The position numbers and the translations under genes are program-made. A stretch of 63,119 nucleotides of DNA, counting the filler, from Octopus bimaculoides (lineage: Eukaryota), in the NCBI RefSeq assembly GCF_001194135.2. It is 4 parts of 4 records of this genome, joined end to end, with 100 filler letters (N's around TTAATTAATTAA, not from the genome) between each part and the next. Parts side by side here need not be neighbours in the genome. Positions count along the whole stretch, not along the records: positions 46,922 to 58,105 come from NC_069000.1; positions 58,206 to 63,119 come from NC_068995.1; 2 more parts are not named here. One strand, given 5' to 3'. Shown one piece after another: positions 52,074-63,119 of the stretch (its first letter is position 1; every line of letters starts with the position of its first letter). The notes under the pieces are model-generated. The model saw only the letters and a program-made list of their open reading frames with translations. It was not told the origin of the DNA and searched no databases.

Positions 52074-55000
52074 GCAGCAGCAGGTGCAGGAGCAGTAGTA
52101 ACAATATCAATACTTACATCTGAATTTCGTGGTACACTCTGTTGCGTTCTGCGATGTTGCTTTCGTTGATTTTTAAATAGTCTTCCATGGAGGCCCGTGA
52201 ATTCCAAGTTATCAACATCAAGATGTTGATGGCCAGACTGAGAATGGTTGCTCCGTGGTTCCAAAGAAGCCTATTGAAACGAAAGCAATAAAACATAAAT
52301 AGAGTTCATAGCAAATTCGGTAAATTCATTTGTCATAAAGAGTATAAAAATCATTTGTTTCAGGATCTTGATTAAAGAAAGGAACAAAATGGTGCTGTGA
52401 TTTAGATTTTTGCCTAGAACTTGATCCCTATTAAGTCTTTGGAATTCTCTCATTAATTCTTTCTACTATTGTCACAAGGCCTGAAATTTAAAAAAGATTT
52501 TTTGGTGGCGGGTGAATCTATCACATTTAACGCGCATGATCAACTGATACTTAATTTATCGAAAGGATGAAAGGCTAAGTCGACCTCGGCGGAAATTGAA
52601 CGCAGAACATAAAAACGAGAAGAAATGCCGTTAAGCATTTAGTCCGGTGAGCTAACGATCCTGCCAGTTCAATTAGTCAATAGAAGGGTGCAATAAATTC
52701 AAGAAACCAGGAGCAGTTTATTATTCTTATGATTTTTCTTTTCATATGAAATAAATAATTAGTTTATGTCTGTGTGCTTTAATATGTCAAAGGCTTCTCA
52801 GGCACACGTACTACAACCCGAACTAAAATTGGTAAAAGTCAACGTTGGCAAAAGTTAGTGAATGAAATTTGTAAAATATTGGAATACAACAAATTCGTGT
52901 GCGGTATGGTGAGGTGAGTTCTGTCGTTTAAAACAGGATCAAAACTTATTTCTTTCTTGCGACACGCAGAATTATCTTCTCATTTTTCTCACTTACAAAC
53001 TTATGCTTATGCGACGGTTGTGCTCAACTGATGGGAACATATCCTTCGTGGAGGACGCGAATATCTTACCACCAATTGCTTTTACCCTTACGTAGTTAAT
53101 TTGTGGTGGGTTTTTCTCTTCGTAAGACAACTTTATCGAAGCTGGGTATGAATTTATAGCACATATCTCTATTCTGGAAAGTTCTGTATGCAGTCTCTGA
53201 GACTGTTTGTTACAAAGGGATTCTGTTTTTCACACAACCTGTTGAGGGAAACAGTTTCCGAATTAGAATCGTAAATTCGTATGTCATATGACCCGGTAAA
53301 TTCTGTATAGTCAAAACTCCTCTCAAGGCAAAATGATCTCGTTTTGTCATTTACAAATTTATTCTTATGAAATGGTTGTTCTCTACTGGCGGGACTTTCA
53401 AGTTAATATATATGATTGTAACATATCCTCTCATTCTGGAAAGTCTTGTATAAAAAAATTCCAAGACTGTTTATTACAACTGGATTCAGTTTTTCACACC
53501 GCCTGATGAGAGAAACAATTTTCGAATCAGAACGTTCGACATCGGAAGATTTGTTACGAGTTAACAATCAGAAATATTTCTTTTATATCGTGCATTGAAG
53601 CTACATCTTCTCGTCTCTTCTTTTCCTTCGTAATTTCATGAATATTTGTCGCGTATCTTGGTGAAAAATTCCACAGAAAAATTCATGATGGTGAAACTCT
53701 TGAAGTATGCACGTGTCTCATTACTACTTTACACACACGCACACGCACAACACACACACGCACACGGTAGATTCTAAAATAAATATAATTGAGATTACAC
53801 GTATTGCGATAAATTTCTCGGAAGCTCACATCAATACAATGCTAAGTCTTTGGCAACAATGACACATTTTCTTACCATCCATGTGTGAAGAATATGGCAA
53901 TGGGATTACATAATATCTTCCTCTGGTACATGATATCCTTCATGATATCTTTTGTCCATCCCATTAAATCACGGATCTTATTGCTTGGCGACGATCTGTC
54001 CACGTTCCATTTCAACTTCTCTTTCACTTCTTCCCGAAGGACGTTCTGTAATAAAAACATATACCACCATGTATATATATATATATATATATATAAAGTT
54101 TTAAAATGGTTAAGCGGATATAATCCTAGCGGGTACCGTGCTCACTCATATTGCTTATCAATGCTGGCTAACCACAGTGAATGTAGATAAACTCTAGTTA
54201 GTTAAAATTTACTATACTCGGTTAATCCTCACTTTGTAAATCCAGATGTCGTTATAAGGACTGCATAGTGTCCGTAAAGAAAAATAATGAAATTGAAATC
54301 AGGAGAACAAAGATTTGCACATCCAAGCTTTATTTTACTGTTAATCACATCTTTCTTCGCCAAGACCTACTCACGCTTCATCAGTTTGTGAAGTTGCACA
54401 GATAATTAACACAAAGATGCACATTGAACAGTGCGCACCGGCTTGTAGCGGAAACGTGCGTAGGTCTTGGCGAAGGAAGATGTGATTAGCTGTAAAATAA
54501 AACTAGGGTGCGCAAATCTTTGTACCCACTGATTTTAACTTCATTATACATACGTATAAATATATATATATTTACACACACATATGGCATGCAATGGGCC
54601 CTTAACACATTGACAATGGCACCGTTAGGCCGGACTGTCACGGATATTTTAGACCTGGTTCGTGACGAGTGACATTCGTGAACTTAGGTTCCACTGAAGA
54701 AGGAAGCAGGTAAAATCTATTACAGTATACAATACCTTGTTTCGGACTCTGAAATTAATTTTCTGAAGGACGTCATCTTTCACGATTTCTATTGACTGAG
54801 AATTCTTCTTGTAGTAGCTTAGAGCTTTCTGTTGCTCTTGCGTCAAAGTCAGTTCTGCAATAAAACAAAATATGATACAAAAAATTTTTTTAAATTACAA
54901 ATACAAATCAAACGAAAGACCTAAAACGCTGTTGCAAATTTCATTAAGTAATCTTTTCTAATGCTGGCTTCTACTAATTCTAAGTCGGGCTGTAANNNNN

Positions 55001-56409
55001 NNNNNNNNNNNNNNNNNNNNNNNNNNNNNNNNNNNNNNNNNNNNNNNNNNNNNNNNNNNNNNNNNNNNNNNNNNNNNNNNNNNNNNNNNNNNNNNTATAT
55101 ATATATATATATATATATATACATACATACACATATAAGATCGTCATAGCTGAAATATATGATCTGTTATTCAGCAAAGGCTAAACAGCAACTACTGCTA
55201 GCGCAAAAACGACAACGGAAAAGAAACAGAAAAAAATATATGAAAGGGAATGTGAGAAAATACAAAAATATTCAACATTTAGTGAAACTTTAACCGGAAC
55301 TTTCTGTTCCTGATTTGACAGAGACCGGTGTTTTTACTTACCGATCGAAGTCGATGTTTTACTTACCGAACAGAATTCGTTGAGTGTACTGAACAACTGT
55401 ATGACCAGGTCAATGGTTTTATCACTGATGTTGGTGTAAACTACATTGAGGAATTGTGCTGTTTCGCCGACGATGTTGAATGATTTTAGGTTATCCGGCT
55501 GTTCTCTCAGATAGTTCTGTGAAACATAGAAAGATCGGAAATAAACAAATAAAATGGCATTCAAGGATCGTGTATACTATTGTTCTGCTACGGTTTTTGC
55601 ATGTAAATATTTAAATAAACTCTACTTTAATGACAAAACGAAATTGAGAAAATAATCTGTTATAGATACAGCATTTGAATAAGGGAATTGACTCCCTTTA
55701 TTTGCTTCAGTCACTAGATTGTGGCCATGCTGGGGCTTCGCCTTAAACAAATCGATCATAGTATTTCTTTTTTAAAGCTTGTTAGGCTCTATTAGGTCTT
55801 TTTTCGCCGAACTGCTAAGTTACGGGGACGAAAACAAAACATCACCAGTTTTCAAGCGGAAGTGGGGGGGGGGTCAATCACAAACACAAAGACGACAGGC
55901 TTCCACACAGTGTTTTTCAACCAAATTGAATCACACAGTTTTGGTCGATCTGGGGCTATAGTAGAAGACACTTGCCAAAGGTATCACACAGTGGGACTGA
56001 ACCTGAAACCATGTGGTTGGGAAGTAAGTTTCTTACCACGCAGCCAGGCCTGAAAATTAAGCATCATTAACGACTCTGCAAAACTAAGGTGCCCAATACG
56101 CATTAGGGGTACATACTAAGAGAGAAAATATATTTGTTAGAGAACCGACGGGGACTTCGACCTTAAGGTTGGAATAAAGGTTCTGCAATGGAAAAATCTA
56201 AGCAGTAGCAGACGTGTTATGTGTAGCAATATGATAGAAATTGGCAAGACTGAATATTATGCTAAGTAGCATACCTGGATTCCTGTGTTTTGACCGTCGC
56301 AGATTCGAGCCAACAGCTTGAGAACCAATTCAATGTAACCATCGTCTTTGTATTCAAATATGTCTGGGACATCTTCAGATGATTGCTGTTCGCCTTCGTT
56401 CACTGGTTC
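47191..56409 (-). CDS. Itpr-like: Partial multi-exon gene: divergent inositol 1,4,5-trisphosphate receptor / RyR-family Ca2+ release channel (RIH-assoc domain to pore loop; 9 exons found)
   Basis: Nine exons with AG acceptors and GT donors (one GC), with matching phases except across the 54996-55095 N gap. Spliced peptide contains [16 protein letters not shown] (cf. ITPR LCENHNRDLQNFLRCQ, RyR LCEGHNNDFQNYLRTQ), SIEIVKDD (cf. QIEIVR), [21 protein letters not shown] (cf. VIKSVTRNG) and GLIGD. Family assignment is by motif recognition; no database search was run. Confidence 0.93.
47601..47879 (+). mobile_element. mariner transposon 5' relic
   Basis: TIR-like TACGAGGTCAGATCAATAAG after TA; [17 protein letters not shown] resembles the mariner N-terminal HTH; truncated by N gap. 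Confidence 0.7.
48649..48769 (-). CDS. Itpr-like: Itpr-like exon, S3-S4 and S4-S5 linker ([40 protein letters not shown])
   Basis: 121 nt, gacaacag|GCC...AAT G|gtaagc, phase 0-1. Confidence 0.94.
48949..49325 (-). mobile_element. SINE family B, intronic; followed head-to-head by a + strand partial copy (49329-49490)
   Basis: Same sequence blocks as 18370-18775. Confidence 0.85.
49905..50013 (-). CDS. Itpr-like: Itpr-like exon, S2-S3 loop and start of S3 ([36 protein letters not shown])
   Basis: 109 nt, tgtttcag|A CGA...TAC GTG|gcaagt, phase 2-0 with a probable GC donor (see findings). Confidence 0.85.
50351..50517. repeat. Imperfect ~45-bp minisatellite x3.5 just inside the intron after the S2 exon
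   Basis: Units gagtaagac..(g/a)aagtgacaacagttggagaa... Confidence 0.85.
50548..50709 (-). CDS. Itpr-like: Itpr-like exon, S2 helix ([46 protein letters not shown]...)
   Basis: 162 nt, ttattccag|T CCT...ATC AG|gtaagt, phase 2-2. Not in the ORF track; translated by hand. Confidence 0.9.
52118..52270 (-). CDS. Itpr-like: Itpr-like exon, S1 helix and luminal loop ([22 protein letters not shown]...YHEIQ)
   Basis: 153 nt, ttcaatag|G CTT...CAG AT|gtaagt, phase 2-2. Hydrophobic helix equivalent to ITPR [22 protein letters not shown]. Confidence 0.9.
53876..54045 (-). CDS. Itpr-like: Itpr-like exon, pre-TM linker ([27 protein letters not shown]...IFFTHGW)
   Basis: 170 nt, ttacag|AAC...GGA TG|gtaag, phase 0-2. 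Homologous to ITPR [25 protein letters not shown]. Confidence 0.92.
54300..54531. mobile_element. MITE-like foldback with ~75-bp inverted arms, intronic in Itpr-like
   Basis: acaaagatttgcac..attttactgttaatcacatctttcttcgccaagacctac is the reverse complement of 54459-54525. The right end reads CAGTGG on the minus strand, Tc1-like. Confidence 0.75.
54736..54854 (-). CDS. Itpr-like: Itpr-like exon ([39 protein letters not shown])
   Basis: 119 nt, tattgcag|AA CTG...AAG|gtattg, phase 1-0. Homologous to ITPR [30 protein letters not shown]. Confidence 0.92.
55367..55516 (-). CDS. Itpr-like: Itpr-like exon, RIH-associated domain ([27 protein letters not shown]...TLNEFCS)
   Basis: 150 nt, tttcacag|AAC...TCG|gtaagt, phase 0-0. 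Matches the NFLRCQ..NYNLVCETLQFL..TLESLTEYC pattern of IP3Rs. Confidence 0.92.
55690..56045 (-). mobile_element. SINE family B, intronic
   Basis: Same blocks, more diverged. Confidence 0.8.
56275..56409 (-). CDS. Itpr-like: Itpr-like exon, start of RIH-associated domain (EPVNEG...[25 protein letters not shown])
   Basis: 135 nt, ttttcatag|GAA...CAG|gtatgc, phase 0-0, joins in frame to the NYLREQ exon. Not in the ORF track. Confidence 0.88.
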
Positions 56410-56543
56410 CTATGAAAACAACAGCAATAACAACACGATGCAGACATTGACAAAATAACGGAAATAAATATCACTGAATCTCAGATTTGTAATTTTAAAA
56501 CTTGCGTTTAGATATGAGATCGTGAGTTGAAACGAAAGCGATT

Positions 56544-56915
56544 ATTGGGTTGGTGCATAATTATTGCGGATTTTTTTTTGTTTTCAACAAATTTTATTCA
56601 ACAAAAACACATGTTTTGAAATACATCTTGGATAGTCTGATGCATCTTGGAGAGTCTGATGCATCTTGGAGAGTCTGATGCATCTTGGAGAGTCTGACGC
56701 GGTGTAGACCGTGTGAAGGTTATGATTGCGTCTTTTAGCTCATTAATGGTTTTCGAGCGATTCTTGTACACTGATCCTTTACTTGCACCCCAGAAAAAAA
56801 AATCTTGGTGGTGTTAAATCAGGTGATCTTGATGGCCAAAGTCCTTTCGAAATAATCCGTTCACCGAAAAACTCTTGAAGTAGCGCCTATGGAGAGACTT
56901 TTTGAACACTCTGTA
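56544..56915 (-). mobile_element. Tc1/mariner relics (internally deleted)
   Basis: Minus strand WPSRSPDLTPP.FFFWG..KGSVYKN..KTINELKDAI. TIR-like TACAGAGTGTTCAAAAAG at 56915 and mariner-type TTGGGTTGGTGCATAATTATTGCGG at 56544. Confidence 0.7.
56624..56699. repeat. 19-bp minisatellite x4 (CATCTTGGAGAGTCTGATG)
   Basis: Direct reading; units start at 56624, 56643, 56662 and 56681. Confidence 0.95.
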
Positions 56916-57294
56916 TATAGATGTACATATGCGCGTGCATACACACAAACACATACACACATATATATTGTACATAGTACTATCACAAGATTTTAAAAAA
57001 TGAATGGAAACACTAGTTTGAGTACGTTAGTGGGTTTGTGGATCAGTGTGGATTTGTTTAATAAAGAAAATAGAATATTCATTAAAGGTGCAGAGAGAAA
57101 TGTATTTCTAATATGATATAATCTGTTAAAGATAATACATCACTTTAAGTTCCATACCAAGTTAATGTTAATTTTCTTTACTACGCTTTTCTGATTTTGT
57201 TTTTTCGAGAAAACGTCAGAAGATTAGTTTTTAACTCGGTATGGAGCTTCAGTTAAACATTCTCTGTCTAATGGACAATATCGAAATGTGTCTG

Positions 57295-57341
<47 letters not shown>

Positions 57342-57505
57342 CTCTTTCTTCATATAGACATATGGATACAGTCAATTAAATATATATTTATATTTCAATG
57401 TATACACAACATACAAACATACATACACATATGTGCACGCAGGAACACAACTATATATTCATATATGCATAGATNNNNNNNNNNNNNNNNNNNNNNNNNN
57501 NNNNN

Positions 57506-57568
<63 letters not shown>

Positions 57569-58105
57569 TATATATATACACACACACACATAAATGATAT
57601 GGCTCATTATAGATGATTAATTGTTATATTATTAATGACCTATATCTGATTTATATATTTGTGGGAGTGTGTGTGTGTGTGTGTGTCTATAATACTAGTT
57701 TAGACATATTTTTGGCACCCATTACAACATAACTCTGAAGTAATATTACCAACTATATCCTACGTTATATTCGCCACAGAAGTCTGCCAGGTAGACGGGC
57801 AGACAGGCAAACAGGCAGACAGTCGTACACACGCACGCACGCACGCACACACATACATACATACATACATACATACATACATACATACATACACGCATAC
57901 AGGTGCAAACAGACAGTCAGACAGAGAAGTAGAGAGTCGGATGAGCTCAGAACCAATTCTGTGGAATCAGGTATTTAAAAGTGTGTGTGTGTGCCAAAGC
58001 GAGCGTTCCACCACCACCACCATCACCATCACTACCACCATCGCCACCACCATCACTACAATAAAAAGAATAATAATAATAATAATAATAATAATAGTTT
58101 CAAAT

Positions 58106-58205
58106 NNNNNNNNNNNNNNNNNNNNNNNNNNNNNNNNNNNNNNNNNNNNTTAATTAATTAANNNNNNNNNNNNNNNNNNNNNNNNNNNNNNNNNNNNNNN
58201 NNNNN
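58106..58205. other. Artificial scaffold spacer N44-TTAATTAATTAA-N44
   Basis: Identical structure to 31062-31161. Confidence 0.95.
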
Positions 58206-59109
58206 TTTATGCATGTATGTAGATATGTATGTGTATGTTTATCTACGACGGGCTACCACACAGTTTCTGTCTACCAAATTCACTCACAGAGCATCGGTCG
58301 ACTTGGAGCTTTAGTAGAAGACACTTAAGACACTCTTCGGCAGTACCGTTCCGTGGAACCGAAACCAAAATCACGTGGTAGCAAAACGATCTTCTTAACG
58401 ACAGCCATGCCAGTGAATTGGGTTGTTTTTTTTTCTTTTTTTTAGGGTATGTTTTGATGACGATAAACAGATGGCTGTACGAACGACAATGGTGAAAGAC
58501 GATGGCTTTTCTTTGTGTTTTTTTTTTCTTCATTGCTGGCGAATACAAAAGATCCAATATGAATGCCGGACAAGCAGTGACGGCGTCAGCATTTCATGTC
58601 TCTCTTTTACCGGAATTGCACTCAGTTCGTGTCAAGACACTTAAGTCTTTTGTAGCATACTTGAAGCTAGAAATGAGAACAATGAAAACGGCGGCAACGC
58701 TATAAAACTATTGTTTTTAGCCTTATTTAACTAGTTATATGCCAAATGGAATTCAAGCTATGGCAGTCGTGTCTCTGTTTATCACCGGGCTACGGTTACC
58801 CGTTGTGTTCATTTCAGGACTGTGTATGGTAGTCTCTCGGGCCCGAGAAAGGCGATTCTGCAACCTGCACAGACGATTTGTCGATGGCAGGAGTCATCAA
58901 ACGTTCTTCCCAACGAGCCAGATAACTGAGAGAATGACGAGCCCTCATCAATTTCTTCAAATATCATTTGAAGAGAAAGGTGAGGGGAAAAAAGGATGTG
59001 CTGTCTTCTCGTTGAATGGATCTACTCTGAATATGCTTTTCTAAGCAGGAAGAAAGAAACAGGAAGAGGGCACTTTCCCACGCCTTGGAGACGGCAGAAT
59101 AATCCGGGA

Positions 59110-59345
59110 TTATTATTTTTATAACGTGCTTTCACTGCACTACCGAGCACAGCCCTGTGTGCCTTGGGTATGTGCTGTGGTTTGCTGTGATGCTCTTATG
59201 GTTACTGTATTGAAAGTGTTTTACGTAGGATGTTTGCGGTGCCTAGTAGTGCTATTTTCTCTATATTATATATACTTGTAAGTCCTGGTGTTTTTTGTCA
59301 TGTATTTGTCTGAATATTTTTTTATCATACCTAATGCGCCCACAA
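59110..59345 (-). mobile_element. RLE-type LINE extreme 3' end (second subfamily)
   Basis: IVGALGMIKK...EKIALLGTANILRKTLS*, short AAT tail, (AAT)n upstream on the sense strand. Confidence 0.7.
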
Positions 59346-59353
59346 TGATAGTA

Positions 59354-59413
<60 letters not shown>

Positions 59414-59614
59414 AATACCGTGGGTGTTCCGGATCCAGGCTGTTATCTCACCAGCACTTCATGAAAATATTTGGCTAATGGAGTGTAGAATAGGAGTACC
59501 AATAGGACACCTCGTTAATCAACCAATTAATGATTCGTTAATTATTAATTAAGCATGATGTAAATCCAAGGATTGTATATAAACTAATTGACATGCATTT
59601 ATCACAGAGTAAAT

Positions 59615-59647
<33 letters not shown>

Positions 59648-59649
<2 letters not shown>

Positions 59650-59933
59650 GAGCACTCAGAGAGCGCAAACCTCCGCCAAGGAAACACAAACGTCGTCTCA
59701 ACGAATTAGCCAGAGATGATTTTTAAAATGAGAATATCTGAAAAACAGGAAAAAATAATCCAGAATCCTTGTCCGATACCGGATCGATCCCAAAATCTAA
59801 TTAGTTCGTGCCAGTCACGAGACCAAAGTTTCATCCGAATCCATCCAGTGGTTCTTGAGATATCTTGTCCACGGACAAACAAACAAACGCGACTGAAAAC
59901 AATACCTCCACTTTCGCTTAGGCGGGGGTAATA
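59648..59933 (-). mobile_element. Second copy of the HINE-like element
   Basis: Shares gacaagatatctcaagaac..gattttgggat..ttttaaaaatcatctctgg..ggcggaggtttgcgctctctgagtgc with 27100-27452. Confidence 0.6.
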
Positions 59934-60404
59934 AATGAATAAGAGGTGAAGACCATTTTCACTAAGCGTCTGGAGAAGATGTTTTCCTGGCCTGCGGTTA
60001 AAAATGGTAGTAACGTCGTTCCGTACAGAACAGCCATGTTGAAGTGGCAACAAACATTACTTGCACCTCTTATNNNNNNNNNNNNNNNNNNNNNNNNNNN
60101 NNNNNNNNNNNNNNNNNNNNNNNNNNNNNNNNNNNNNNNNNNNNNNNNNNNNNNNNNNNNNNNNNNNNNNNNNNNNNNNNNNNNNNNNNNNNNNNNNNNN
60201 NNNNNNNNNNNNNNNNNNNNNNNNNNNNNNNNNNNNNNNNNNNNNNNNNNNNNNNNNNNNNNNNNNNNNNNNNNNNNNNNNNNNNNNNNNNNNNNNNNNN
60301 NNNNNNNNNNNNNNNNNNNNNNNNNNNNNNNNNNNNNNNNNNNNNNNNNNNNNNNNNNNNNNNNNNNNNNNNNNNNNNNNNNNNNNNNNNNNNNNNNNNN
60401 NNNN

Positions 60405-60435
<31 letters not shown>

Positions 60436-60493
60436 GTTTCTATGTATATATATATGCATATATGTATGTGTGTATATATATATATATATGTGT

Positions 60494-60538
<45 letters not shown>

Positions 60539-61811
60539 TGTGTCAGTGTTTGTGTGTCTGTGTGTAAGTATGTATGCACGGAACTATGAATGCACATATG
60601 TATGCATGCATGCATGTATCTATGTGTACATGCAAACACATCTAATCATCTCTCTCTGAATATCTGCACCTCCCAAACACACACACACACTCACACACAC
60701 ACACTCACACACACACAAACGCAGACAGATACACATGTACACACACACACACACAAACACGCTTCCATCTAGACAACAGATTCACGCAAACGCGTGCAAA
60801 CACGCCCGGAAATACGATATAGACCCTCGCCAATCTTCGATGCTGCTTGGTGCCCTATCTGATTCGCCATACTCACGGATCCTTTAAGTGATATCTACAC
60901 TTTAATTAGTGAAGAATTAGACAATTAGCTCAGATAATAAACCTATTTCTTGTCTTAATTAAAACTTTCTCGATTTGCGTGCATTGAAAGTAGGTAAGCG
61001 GGTGTATATGCATATGTATATAGATAGGTTGATATGTGTAAATATTTAAGCCTGTCTATGGATTTCTGGGCATGTGTTTGTGTATGTGGGTGTGTGTGTA
61101 CGCGCCTGTGCGTGTGTGTGTGTGTGTGTATTTCTATGTCTATGTATATATATATATATATATATATATACGCATATATTTACATACACACACACACACA
61201 CACATATATATATTATATGTAACGTGAGAGAGTTAGGGGTTGGGGGTTCAACCCACTAAGGGATAGTATCTATCCAGTATACTGCTGGGAGGGTACCCAA
61301 TTATTGCTACACTAGTGCTATACTAGGTGCAATCAATGGGAGCGGGTAAAAGTGGAGGTTTTACCCAAAATTTGTGTAACAATTAGAAAATGGAGGATAA
61401 TATGCTGGATATTTATACATATATACATATAATATATATATATACATACATATACATATATATGTGTATGTGTGGTGTGTATAAATATATTTATATACAT
61501 TATATATATATATAGACATTATATATATATATATATATATNNNNNNNNNNNNNNNNNNNNNNNNNNNNNNNNNNNNNNNNNNNNNNNNNNNNNNNNNNNN
61601 NNNNNNNNNNNNNNNNNNNNNNNNNNNNNNNNNNNNNNNNNNNNNNNNNNNNNNNNNNNNNNNNNNNNNNNNNNNNNNNNNNNNNNNNNNNNNNNNNNNN
61701 NNNNNNNNNNNNNNNNNNNNNNNNNNNNNNNNNNNNNNNNNNNNNNNNNNNNNNNNNNNNNNNNNNNNNNNNNNNNNNNNNNNNNNNNNTATATATATAT
61801 ATATATATATA

Positions 61812-63119
61812 TTAGATTCTTCCCCACCAGGTCACAGAGAGGAAGACCACCCATCTTCACTTCGATAGTGAAGAAAAGCACCGCAGAGCGCTGGAGTGGC
61901 TGGACCAAACCCACCCTGGACCCTGAGAACAACAATCAGGTGAAAAGAATGATTGCACATGCAATGGGGGCTAGCATAAGAACCACATTGAAGAACCACA
62001 TAGGTTTGATAGAAAACTATGCATGCAGGTTCAAGGTACAGCCATTGGTGTCGGTAGGGCTGGAGATGTGACAGGCCTCTTCAAGACCTGGTGGGACAGA
62101 AAACTTAAACAATCCTTAGCTGAACAATCCACAACTGTTTTGCTTTATTGTATTATGTAGATGACATTAATATTCTAGTTAGGACAAACTCTAGTAACTG
62201 TAATGTAGAAACTGAGAGGAGTATAATGGAGGGCATCCAGCACCGAGCTAACTCCATCCACCAGAGTATCAAGGTAACTATAGATTAGCCCACTAGGTAC
62301 CCTAACAATAGACTCCCTGTTCTTGATACTGAACTTTGGTTAGAGACTGTTAACAACAGAGTGTAGCTCCTTCACTCCTATTACATGAAACCCATGGCTT
62401 CTAAATATGATGCTTATAAGAACTTAGCTTTGTCATACATCATGAAAATCAACATACTGATAGTGGATTTAGGATAATGAATAACGTTCTCCGCTATGTG
62501 AGCCCTATGAAGCAAAGAAACATTTACAGAACTTCATGCACTGCATGCAGTTCTCTGGATACGACCAGAAAGATAGGATTCGACTATACTGGGGAGCTAG
62601 AAGGAAGTTAGATAGCATTATATGTAGTGAAACAAGTGGAGCCTGACCCAGATACAGAGGTAAAGAGCGGAATAGGATACAGATAGTCTGTGACAAAGCA
62701 AACAGGGTGAACACATGGTACAAGGCCGACGAATATTACGGAGTGATGTTTGTAGAGGCTACAGCCCATGGAGAACTAGCCCGAATATTTAGGAAAGCTC
62801 TGAAGGAGACAAAACTCAACACTAAAATCGTTGAAAAGCCAGGGAGCTCCATTGGATAACAGTTATGTAGGATTAGTCCTATGAGAATACCACATGCAAC
62901 CGATAAGAACTGCATAGCATGTAGGATTAACCCTGGCATTAACTGTAGAACTAGAAATGTAATCTACAGCATAAGGTGCATAGAGGTTGCTTGTAAAGAC
63001 AAGAACATGACATACATTAGTGAGATATCTGGAAGCATTGCAGAGAGATTAAATAAACATTTGAGACAATATGACAACAAAAAACAGTCCTCCATACTCT
63101 ACCAACATGCCAAATACCA
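61812..63119 (+). mobile_element. Decayed Penelope-like element: RT and GIY-YIG, runs off window
   Basis: AIGVG.AGDV..LF.TWWD, YVDDINIL, RLPVLDTELW, YYMKPMAS, FMHCMQFSGY, NCRTRNVIYSIRC, ERLNKH; several stops and frameshifts. Confidence 0.9.

Noticed and set aside
54921-54995. [24 protein letters not shown] as an Itpr exon
   Set aside because: In-frame TAG before any phase-1 GT donor and no convincing match to the expected sequence; left as intronic or unresolved.

Overview
AT-rich, microsatellite-dense, gap-riddled eukaryotic genomic DNA. The SINE repertoire and simple-repeat load suggest an octopus/coleoid cephalopod (inference). The only confident host gene is a minus-strand, divergent IP3-receptor/ryanodine-receptor-family Ca2+-release channel. 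Nine exons at 47191-56409 encode part of the RIH-associated domain, the pre-TM linker, helices S1-S5 and the pore loop. The filter motif is unusual (RYGLIGD rather than GGGVGD/GGGIGD). One intron is probably GC-AG and one donor site is duplicated. S6, the C-terminus and about 100 aa after RIH-assoc were not found, and three artificial 100-nt spacers (N44-TTAATTAATTAA-N44) break the scaffold. The rest is mobile DNA: several tRNA-derived SINE families, Penelope-like elements (PLEs), L1/Tx1 fragments, R4/Dong-like RLE LINE fragments, Tc1/mariner relics, MITE-like foldbacks and Helentron-type HINEs. The most novel-looking signal is an ~800-bp PLE palindrome. Its GIY-YIG 3' end is followed by a tRNA-like Pol III cassette, an (AAT)n tract and a degenerate minimal hammerhead ribozyme. 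Two more hammerhead-like relics occur in other PLE remnants. Nearly all ORFs in the supplied track are microsatellite or N-gap artefacts.
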